A stretch of DNA of 64,000 nt from Candidatus Latescibacterota bacterium (GTDB lineage Bacteria; Latescibacterota; UBA2968; UBA8231): positions 864,001-928,000 of the forward strand of contig OZ242214.1 in the NCBI GenBank assembly GCA_965206595.1, written 5' to 3'. Every line of letters begins with the position of its first letter. Position 1 is the stretch's first letter. A model generated the notes under the pieces. That model was not told where the DNA came from. It made no database searches and was given only the letters and a program-made list of their open reading frames with translations. Both the position numbers and the translations under genes were made by a program. Of this stretch, positions 19,909 through 27,625 are shown piece after piece.

Positions 19909-21417
19909 TCAGGGCAGGTCTTCCAGATCCGCGGCGGTGACGCGGGCGAAGGGCGCCACACCATGCTTCCCAGCCCCGGCACCGCGGCCGACCTCCCTGG
20001 TCAGGGAGTACATCTCGAGAACCCCGATCCGCTCCCCGGGTCCGTGCCCCTCGTTCCATCTGCGGAACAGGTGCTCGGCGAGCGGCTGCCGGTAGGGGCC
20101 GCTTTCCGCGTCGACCAGCTTTACGTGCAGCCTGCGCCAGCGGTGGTTGGGAAAGGCGTCTGCACGCCTCGCCGCGGGCTCGAAGGAGGTGAGAACTCCT
20201 TCCTCGAGGATATCGATGGCGCGGCCGTCTCCCAGTATGCCCCGGTAGATGTACCAGTAGTCGCGCGGAATCGCGGTGTGGTACATCCCCCAAGCCTGCG
20301 GCAGCATGGCAGCGTTGCCGATCGCCTTCAGCCACTCCGGCATTTGCCGATAGCGCAGGGTCGAAAAGTCCCAGGACCCCACGACGTACGCCAGGAAGAG
20401 CAGGCAGAGGGTGTTTCCCGCGCGCCTTCTCCAAGGTGCGAGACGCCCTCCTGTCAGGCGCTGCAGCCTCCCTTCGGCCGAGTCGCCGGGAGGCGGCCTT
20501 TCCCAGCGCCTGGCGAGAAGAGTCCGCAGCGGTTCCAACCGTCGGCGGACCCCGGTGCAACATCGGCTGCTCCAGAAGGAAGGCGGCAGGAACAGGGCAA
20601 GGCCGGACAGGGAAACGAAGGCGAACAGCCCGACGTGCAGGGTGAGTTCGATGCCGAGGTGAAAGCCGGCGAACAGGGGGACCGCCGCGGCGCGCACCGC
20701 TTTCCAGGGGGCCAGCAGCGCGAACGGTCCCGCGATCTCCAGCAGGACCGTTCCCCTGGTGAGCCCCTCGAGGAGACTCTGGAAATCCACCAGGTATTCG
20801 CCGGGAGGCTTCACCAGCATGGAATAGCGGAGCAGGTGGTCCATGGCGTCTCCCCCGAGCCAGACCCCGTTGAGCTTGGCCAGCCCGGAGTACCAGTAGA
20901 CGATGCAGACCTGGAAGAGGATGGCGGCGCCGGCCACCGACAGGGCGTGGCCTTCCGCCGCCCGGGCTGGGGACTGCGGCCTCCGCAGGGTGTCGAGGGA
21001 CCACGCCTTGCCGAGCGGCAAGAACATGCTCCAGAACAGCAGCAGCCGCAGGTACGAGTCGCCCGCGTTCAGGACCAGCGGCATGCGCGCGTGGAGGGAG
21101 ACCAGTAGGACCCATGAAAGGATGGTGGCGAGGCGGGCGTGCCAACCGGCCAGCAACGCCAGGGCGCAGAGGCCGGCGAGGGCGAACAGCAGCCCCTGAA
21201 ACCGGCTCGATGCGGAGAGGAAGTGCAGGGACCAGCGCCATCCCTCGTGATACTGCCCCGTCAGCGCCAGCGGCAGGATCCCCTCCTCGGTGTACATGGC
21301 GGAAAAATCCTGCAGGCGGATGACGAGATCGACGAGCAGCAGGGCCGCGGTGCAGACCCGGAACAGGGCCAGGGAACGAGGGTCGAGGCCGAAGACCAGA
21401 TTCAGTTTCGACTTCAC
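19909..21417 (-). CDS. HTTM-domain membrane protein (vitamin K-dependent gamma-carboxylase-like TM domain)
   Basis: DPRSLALFR, NAGD..LRLLLFW..FLPLG..WSLD, Y..SGLAK...W..G, FHLGI, QAWGMY, PNHRWRR. Start uncertain (GTG 21417). Confidence 0.85.
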   Translation of the reverse strand: MKSKLNLVFGLDPRSLALFRVCTAALLLVDLVIRLQDFSAMYTEEGILPLALTGQYHEGWRWSLHFLSASSRFQGLLFALAGLCALALLAGWHARLATILSWVLLVSLHARMPLVLNAGDSYLRLLLFWSMFLPLGKAWSLDTLRRPQSPARAAEGHALSVAGAAILFQVCIVYWYSGLAKLNGVWLGGDAMDHLLRYSMLVKPPGEYLVDFQSLLEGLTRGTVLLEIAGPFALLAPWKAVRAAAVPLFAGFHLGIELTLHVGLFAFVSLSGLALFLPPSFWSSRCCTGVRRRLEPLRTLLARRWERPPPGDSAEGRLQRLTGGRLAPWRRRAGNTLCLLFLAYVVGSWDFSTLRYRQMPEWLKAIGNAAMLPQAWGMYHTAIPRDYWYIYRGILGDGRAIDILEEGVLTSFEPAARRADAFPNHRWRRLHVKLVDAESGPYRQPLAEHLFRRWNEGHGPGERIGVLEMYSLTREVGRGAGAGKHGVAPFARVTAADLEDLP

Positions 21418-21488
21418 GGGGGGGGGCCGCCTCCATTGCGCCGTTCGTATATTCGGACCTTTGCACTCGAAGTGAATGTAATGAATGC

Positions 21489-24400
21489 ATGGCGGGACCA
21501 ACGTTCAAGACACTCGCCGCTGCAGGTTTCGCACTTGCGGCGGCCGGATGCGAGCCGGGAAAACCCCCACCCGCTGCGGGTCCGGTTGCGGAGATCCGCA
21601 CCGGATCCCCTGCCGCAGGCGTTGGTTTCACCGACGTCGCCGCGGAATCCGGGCTGTCGTTCCGCAACCTGTCAGGCACCGCGGACCAGGAGCTTATCGT
21701 CGAAACCATGTCGGCCGGCGCCGCCTTCCTCGACTTCGACGACGACGGCTGGCTCGACCTGCTCGCCGTCAACGGCACCTCCCCGGGGGCTTCTCCCGGG
21801 GAGGGAAGAAACCGCCTCTTCCGCAACGAACAGGCTGGCCCCGATCGGGCCTTGCGCCGCTTCGGCGAGGTGACCGGCGACACCGGTCTCGGCTCCTCGG
21901 ACTGGGGAATGGGTTGCGCGGTCGGGGATTACGACAACGACGGCGACCCGGATATCTACCTGACCTACTGGGGCCCCGACCAGCTGCTGCGCAACGACGG
22001 TGACGGCGCCTTCGCCGACGTTTCCGCGGCCGCCGGTTTGGGCGACCCGGGCTGGGGTTCCAGCGCCGCCTTCGGCGACCTCGACAACGACGGGCTCCTC
22101 GATCTCTACGTCGTCAATTACCTCGAGTTCGATTTCGAGAACCCTCCTGCGGGCGGCAGGAAACGGCGTTTCAAAGGTATGGAGGTCTTCTACGGGCCGA
22201 GGGGGATTCCCGCGCAGGCCGACCGCCTGTACCGCAACGGCGGGGATGCCTTTGTCGACGTCAGCGCGGAAACCGGTATCGCCGGCCACGCCCTCCCCGG
22301 CCTGGGGGTGACCCTGGGGGATTTCGACGGCGACGGCGATCTCGACATCTACGTCGCCAACGACTCCGAGCCGAACCAGATGTACCGCAATGACGGCGCC
22401 TGGCGCTTCGCCGAAACCGGGACTGCTTCGCGGGTCGCCTTCACCGAGGACGGCAGGCCCCAGGCCGGCATGGGTGTGCACGGCGGCGACTACGACAACG
22501 ACGGCGACCTCGACCTCTTCGTGACCAACTTCTCGGAAGACGTCAACACTCTCTACCGCAACGACGGCGACTGGCTCTTCGCCGACGCCACCTCCCGCGC
22601 CGGGCTCGACGGGGCCGTGCGGCCGTTTCTCGGCTTCGGCACCGCCTTCTTCGACTGCGACAACGACGGCTGGCTCGACATCTTCGTCGCCAATGGCCAT
22701 CTCTACCCCCAGCTCGAACAGCTGTCCTCGGGGTTGCGCTACCGCCAGCGGAACCTGCTTTACCGGAATGCAGGGGGACGCTTCCGCGAGGTCGGCGCAG
22801 CCGCAGGCCCCGGCATGTCTGCTGCTGCGGTCAGCCGCGCCGCGGCCTTCGGCGACTACGACAACGACGGCGACGTCGACGTATTCGTCGCCAACCTCAA
22901 CGAGAAGCCGGCCCTGCTGCGCAACGAGGGAGGAAACCGCAACAACTGGATCGGACTCGAGCTCGAGGGGGGCGAGAGCAACCGCGACGCCATCGGGGCC
23001 TCGGTGCGGGTGTCGGCCGGCTCTCTCGTGCAGATGCGGGAGGTCCACAGGGGATACGGCTTCCAGGCGCAGCACGATCCGCGGCTCCTGTTCGGCCTTG
23101 GGGACTCGCGGGAGCCGCCCAGGGTGGAGATCCGCTGGCCCTCCGGGAAAAGGCAGATCGTCGAAAACCTGCCCTTGCGCCGCTACGTCGCGATCCGCGA
23201 AGGAGTGGATGGATTTCTCGCCGGGCCCGAGAGTGAGCCCATTGCCGCTGCCGCCGGCCCCGGAGCGGCCCCGCCGGAACCCGGAGTTGGGGAAGAAGAA
23301 CCTGTTCTTCCCTTGCCCCCCGTTTCCCCCCCTTCGGCCCCCTCGCGGAAGGCCCCTGCTGCGGAACCGGGACTCGACCCCACGGCACAGCAGTTCTATC
23401 AGGCGGCGCGGACGAGCTACGCCGAGGGCCGCATGGCCGATGCCGCCGGAGCCCTGAAACAGGCGGTGCGCGCCGATCCCTCCGGGGACCGCGCCTTCCT
23501 GCTCTTGGGGAAGACCTACCTGAACCTCAACCGCGACCGGGAGGCGGCAGCCGCCTTCGAGAAGGCGCACGCCCTCGATCCGGGGAACTGGGAGTACTCC
23601 AACCTCCTCGGGGTCGCCTACAAACGGGCGGGCCGCATGGAGGACGCCCTGGCGGCGTACGCAACCGCGACCACCAGCGCTCCCTGGGCGCCTCGGCCGC
23701 ACCTCAACCTCGCCCGCATGTACGATGAGATCGGCCAGCCCGGAAGCGCCGAAGTAGAGCGCCGCCTGTTCGAGAGATGGCGGCCGCTGCAGCGGGAGGC
23801 GGAGGTTGCCGAAGACATGGTGAAGTCGGATCCGGGCGACCCCCGCGGTCGCAGGAATCTCGGCCTCGCCTACGTCCGGCAGGGGCGCCACGCCGAAGCC
23901 CTGGCCGAGTTTCTGCGCGCCTGCGACCTCGATCCGAACGACGGCATGGCCCGCTACGGGCTGGGGGAGGTCCTGCACCGGGAGAAACGGTACGCCGAGG
24001 CAATGGAGAGCTACGAACTGGCACTCGAGCTGGTTCCCGGCGATGCCGCGGTACACACCGGCCTCGGCAAGTCCCTGGCCGCTCTCGGCAGGTTCGAGCA
24101 GGCAGCGGAGCAGTTCCGGACGGCCCTGGCGTCGGATCCGGACCATGCCGCAGCGCATCTGGGACTCGGCGAGCTGTTCCTGAAACAGCGGGACGAAGCC
24201 GCAGCCGTTCGCGCCTGCGGGCGCGCCGTCCAACGCCAACCCGGCCTCGCCCTCGCCCACAGCTGCGTGGGAAGCGCCCACGCCGCGGCCGGGCGTTACG
24301 ATGCCGCGGCCGCGGCCCTGGGGAGAGCGCTGGAGCTCGACGCGCGCCTGGTCCAGACCCGGTACGCACTGGGACTGGTCCACCACCTCCAGGGGCGCTA

Positions 24401-24509
24401 CGCCGAGGCGGCCGGGGAGTGGGAGCGGGTGCTGCTGCTGGCCCCCGACCACGTCAAGGCGCGGCAGGGAATCGCGCGGGCTAAAAGGGAGTCCGAGGGC
24501 CGGAGATGA
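21489..24509 (+). CDS. Lipoprotein: FG-GAP repeats + ASPIC/UnbV + Pro-rich linker + TPR array
   Basis: Lipobox-like AAAGC, DYDNDGD repeats, LFGLG/RWPSG, then many TPR-like units (e.g. ARYGLGEVL..EKRYAEAMESYELALELVP). Confidence 0.9.
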   Translation: MAGPTFKTLAAAGFALAAAGCEPGKPPPAAGPVAEIRTGSPAAGVGFTDVAAESGLSFRNLSGTADQELIVETMSAGAAFLDFDDDGWLDLLAVNGTSPGASPGEGRNRLFRNEQAGPDRALRRFGEVTGDTGLGSSDWGMGCAVGDYDNDGDPDIYLTYWGPDQLLRNDGDGAFADVSAAAGLGDPGWGSSAAFGDLDNDGLLDLYVVNYLEFDFENPPAGGRKRRFKGMEVFYGPRGIPAQADRLYRNGGDAFVDVSAETGIAGHALPGLGVTLGDFDGDGDLDIYVANDSEPNQMYRNDGAWRFAETGTASRVAFTEDGRPQAGMGVHGGDYDNDGDLDLFVTNFSEDVNTLYRNDGDWLFADATSRAGLDGAVRPFLGFGTAFFDCDNDGWLDIFVANGHLYPQLEQLSSGLRYRQRNLLYRNAGGRFREVGAAAGPGMSAAAVSRAAAFGDYDNDGDVDVFVANLNEKPALLRNEGGNRNNWIGLELEGGESNRDAIGASVRVSAGSLVQMREVHRGYGFQAQHDPRLLFGLGDSREPPRVEIRWPSGKRQIVENLPLRRYVAIREGVDGFLAGPESEPIAAAAGPGAAPPEPGVGEEEPVLPLPPVSPPSAPSRKAPAAEPGLDPTAQQFYQAARTSYAEGRMADAAGALKQAVRADPSGDRAFLLLGKTYLNLNRDREAAAAFEKAHALDPGNWEYSNLLGVAYKRAGRMEDALAAYATATTSAPWAPRPHLNLARMYDEIGQPGSAEVERRLFERWRPLQREAEVAEDMVKSDPGDPRGRRNLGLAYVRQGRHAEALAEFLRACDLDPNDGMARYGLGEVLHREKRYAEAMESYELALELVPGDAAVHTGLGKSLAALGRFEQAAEQFRTALASDPDHAAAHLGLGELFLKQRDEAAAVRACGRAVQRQPGLALAHSCVGSAHAAAGRYDAAAAALGRALELDARLVQTRYALGLVHHLQGRYAEAAGEWERVLLLAPDHVKARQGIARAKRESEGRR

Positions 24510-24640
24510 ATCGGTGCACTCTCAAGAGGCCGGGCGGGCGCTCGCCAAGGCCCTGGAGCGAGCTGAGACCCGACTACTCGCTGGCCCACCTGTTTCTCAG
24601 CGACGTCTACTCCAGGATCGACGCGCGGCGAGGAAGCGCG
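24506..24640 (+). pseudogene. Single TPR remnant interrupted by a 4-bp duplication
   Basis: EAGRALAKALE / LRPDYSLAHLFLSDVYSRI are joined if the duplicated GAGC (ctggagcgagctg, ~24555-24562) is removed. Confidence 0.5.
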
Positions 24641-24752
24641 GCACCACAGGGAGCGCGCCCGGACCTTGTCCGCGCAGTCCGGCGGGAAAGGGGCTGCTGC
24701 TGAAGAGGACTCACCTTACGGGCAGGGCAAAATCCAGCCTGCGAAAAAGTCA

Positions 24753-24781
24753 TTGATCCTCTCCAAGCCATTTTGTACAAT
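24753..24781 (+). promoter_or_regulatory. Sigma70-type promoter TTGATC-17-TACAAT
   Basis: Near-consensus boxes with 17-bp spacer and upstream A-tract, ~95 bp before ATG 24876. Confidence 0.7.
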
Positions 24782-24791
24782 ACACAGCTAT

Positions 24792-24813
24792 TACATCACA
24801 GCTACATCACAGC
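24792..24813 (+). repeat. 11-bp tandem repeat tacatcacagc x2 just downstream of the -10 box
   Basis: Read directly; a partial third copy (tacacagc) lies at 24781-24788. Confidence 0.85.
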
Positions 24814-24875
24814 GAAGCCGATTCCAGCCCCCCGGCGGTCCCGCCGGGGGACACCCGATTCTGGAGGATTACCAC

Positions 24876-25799
24876 ATGCGAAAACAATTTGCCGCAGCAG
24901 CAGTGGCTGCAGCCGTGCTCTGCATGAGCACCTTTTCATTCGCCCACGTTCCGGCTGACTTCATCGGCCTGATCTGGCAATGGCCGTCGAATCAGGTGCC
25001 GGTCCTCGATGGCGACCTCAGCGAGTGGTCGGTGATTCCGGACGACTACTCCTTCACGACCGACGAAGCCGTAGCCCAGTTTACGCCGGGAGACGGCATG
25101 TACGTCACGAACGACGTGCCGGACCTCGCTTCCATCGACTTCAAAGTCACCCCTTCCTACGTCAACGGCGAGAGCCGGTTGTATTACGGTTACGAACGCT
25201 TTGACGATGTCTGGACGGGTGACGACGACATCGAGGTGGTCATCGACGGTGATCACACGGCCGGCACTTTCTGGTCCGAGGAAGGGATGTCGGACGAGGA
25301 GGCTGCGCGCGCCAAAGGCCGTCAGGCCCAGATATACCACATCTTCGCCGACGACGGCTTCCGGCTCGGCGGCGATCGCTGGAACTGGTTCTGGATGACC
25401 ACCGGCGACTGGCAGGAGCAGCCCCCGTGGTCGGACATCGGGTTTCAGTACGAGGGGACCCCGGGTTCCTTTCAGGAAGTGACCCTGTCCGTAGAGTTCT
25501 ATGAGACCGTCTGGGATGACTACAACTACCAGGATCCGGATGGCAGCATTCAGCACCTCCTGACGGAAGGGGAGATCATCGGGCACAAGGTCCACGTGTG
25601 GGAGTTCGACGGGACCGAGGAAACCTACCGGACCGACGGCTGCGAATGCGGCGCCAACTGGTCGGAAAACACTGAAGGCGGCTCGTGGGGAAGCGCGGAT
25701 TTCCTGCCAGACTACCTGCTCGACGAAGTGCAGACCGATCTGCTGCCGAGCGCCGTCGAAGAGGATAGCTGGGGCAGCATCAAGGCTTCGATGAGGTAA
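24876..25799 (+). CDS. Secreted acidic protein, CBM9/DOMON-like, with C-terminal SAVEEDSWGSIK motif
   Basis: RBS GGAGGA; signal peptide MRKQFAAAAVAAAVLCMSTFSFA; PVLDGDLSEW; DDIEVVIDGDH; ends PSAVEEDSWGSIKASMR. Confidence 0.85.
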   Translation: MRKQFAAAAVAAAVLCMSTFSFAHVPADFIGLIWQWPSNQVPVLDGDLSEWSVIPDDYSFTTDEAVAQFTPGDGMYVTNDVPDLASIDFKVTPSYVNGESRLYYGYERFDDVWTGDDDIEVVIDGDHTAGTFWSEEGMSDEEAARAKGRQAQIYHIFADDGFRLGGDRWNWFWMTTGDWQEQPPWSDIGFQYEGTPGSFQEVTLSVEFYETVWDDYNYQDPDGSIQHLLTEGEIIGHKVHVWEFDGTEETYRTDGCECGANWSENTEGGSWGSADFLPDYLLDEVQTDLLPSAVEEDSWGSIKASMR

Positions 25800-25841
25800 G
25801 AGCCAAGGCCCTGCAAGGTCAGAAATAGTAGCAGAATAGCG

Positions 25842-25881
25842 AGCGGGGGTGCCGCACGGCCGGCACCCCCGCTTTCTTTTT
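25842..25881 (+). terminator. Intrinsic terminator
   Basis: 13-bp stem agcgggggtgccg / cggcacccccgct, 6-nt loop, followed by a T-rich tract; lies between convergent genes. Confidence 0.85.
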
Positions 25882-25903
25882 GCCTCGCCGTCTCCCCCCT
25901 GCT

Positions 25904-27574
25904 TCAACGGAGGTACGTCCTTGTCCCGTATTTCCTCCGCAGCCCGCGTACGTACTCGACGAATCCTCTCCGCAACGCTGCTATATGCAGGTATCCACTC
26001 GCTCGTCTACGGGATTCGTCGTCGAATGGCTTCATCTCCGGGGGACTCTTCTCGACGACCTCGAAGACGGAAAACCCACCCTTCACCCGGATCGGCCCCA
26101 CGACCTGCCCCACGGCAACCACTTTCGCCTCTTTGTATAGATCGGAAAAGCCGCTGTATTTGCTCAGCTCGAGCCGCCCGTCATGGTGCGCTGCTCCTTC
26201 GCGGATAGTGTGCATGCGGGCGAGCTCCGCGGCGTTTTCTCCGGCGTCGAGCTTGTCCCGCAGCTGCCGGGCGAGTTCCCTGAAGGCGACGAGGATCTCG
26301 GTGACGACGATCTCCTCCTCCGTCTGGAACTGCTCGGGATGAGCCTCGTAGTAGGCGAAGGACTCGGCCGTGGAAGGGGGTAGAATCCGGTCGTCGACTT
26401 CCCGCTTGCGGAGGGTGCTGACGAGCAAGTCGTCCCGTTTGTTCGCTATCGCCGCTTCGAGCCGCGGGTTCTTCTCCCCCCGGGTCAGGGGTTTCATCTC
26501 TTCCAGAAACAGCTGCGCAGGGATGGCCCGTTTCTGCAGGAGCGACTCGAGGAGACCAGGCTGGTCCGTCAATTCCGGATTGAGATTGGCTTCGGGAACG
26601 AGGGTGACGAAATCCTCGAATGACAGGCTCCCCCCTTCGTACAGGCACAGGATGCCGTCGGGCAGAGTGGATGATTCGAGCCCTGCGGCGGCAAACTCCC
26701 GGAACAGCTCATGGAGCCGGCCGGTTTCACGGGGGGAGTAGACCTCGTACAGGGAATCGAGCAGGGCCTGGCGCCGGGCCGCTACTTTGATCTCGTACAG
26801 TTCGTTGATCCAGGGATGGCGCTGACGCGCTCGCGCCAGGGAAGGCGAAATCGGCCGGAACCTGACCGGGACCTCGTCCGCCACCTTGATGACGGCGTAG
26901 TTGATGGCGCCCTTGTAGAACACCGGGATCGGCTCGGAGGTTTCCCCGGTTTCGAGCTCGAATATGCCGTGAAGGGCCTTCATGGTGCCGTCCTTCCTCA
27001 GGAACTGCACGCTGTCTCCGCCGATCTCCCGGGCCGGGTCGTTGAGGGAGCGCTCCTTCAACAGCTGGGCGAAATCGGCGCCGGCCTCCAAGGCCTCCAG
27101 CACCTCTTCCGCCTCCTCCCGGGTCGGCAACAGAATCCCGGCGATGCGCACGGCACGGTCCCGGTGCGTCTCCTTGAAATAGGCCCGCATCTCCTCCTCG
27201 GTTATCGAGACCGCCTGCGTCACTGTCCGGTACTCGTACATCTCGACCAGCTGGTTCTTGCGGAAGCGCTCCACCGCTCTCCCGAGCCAGGCCTCCTCGG
27301 CGATTCTCTGCTCATGCGCCTCCAGCAGCAGAGCCTTCTTGTCGACAAGGGCTCTCAGCAGGGCGCTGTCCGACTGCGCGGGGGCCGTCGGCGACAGCGT
27401 CCCTTGAACCGATGACCTGAACCGCTCCAGGTCGGCGCGGGTGATTTTCTCGCCACCGATCTCCGCAACCACTTCATCAGGCTCGGCCCCGACGCGGTTC
27501 CATGGGAACAACAGGGCTACGGCGGACAGGATCCACCACCATCTGCAACGCATTTCCACCATTCCTTCCGTCAT
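25904..27574 (-). CDS. Exported peptidyl-prolyl isomerase with two PpiC/parvulin-like domains (SurA/PrsA-like)
   Basis: Signal peptide, VVAEIGGEKIT, EAEEVLEALEAGADFAQL..ERS, GETSEPI, second domain LDAGENAAELARMHT, GQVVGPIRVKGGFSVF. Confidence 0.85.
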   Translation of the reverse strand: MTEGMVEMRCRWWWILSAVALLFPWNRVGAEPDEVVAEIGGEKITRADLERFRSSVQGTLSPTAPAQSDSALLRALVDKKALLLEAHEQRIAEEAWLGRAVERFRKNQLVEMYEYRTVTQAVSITEEEMRAYFKETHRDRAVRIAGILLPTREEAEEVLEALEAGADFAQLLKERSLNDPAREIGGDSVQFLRKDGTMKALHGIFELETGETSEPIPVFYKGAINYAVIKVADEVPVRFRPISPSLARARQRHPWINELYEIKVAARRQALLDSLYEVYSPRETGRLHELFREFAAAGLESSTLPDGILCLYEGGSLSFEDFVTLVPEANLNPELTDQPGLLESLLQKRAIPAQLFLEEMKPLTRGEKNPRLEAAIANKRDDLLVSTLRKREVDDRILPPSTAESFAYYEAHPEQFQTEEEIVVTEILVAFRELARQLRDKLDAGENAAELARMHTIREGAAHHDGRLELSKYSGFSDLYKEAKVVAVGQVVGPIRVKGGFSVFEVVEKSPPEMKPFDDESRRRASGYLHIAALRRGFVEYVRGLRRKYGTRTYLR

Positions 27575-27625
27575 GGGAAAGCCCCTTCCGGAAGAAGGGG
27601 CCCGAGTGTGAAACAGACTGGTTCT

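Noticed and set aside
26805-26865. Odd segment RFRPISPSLARARQRHPW inside the PPIase
   Set aside because: Could be a compensated frameshift or insertion, but no alternative frame gave a convincing match.
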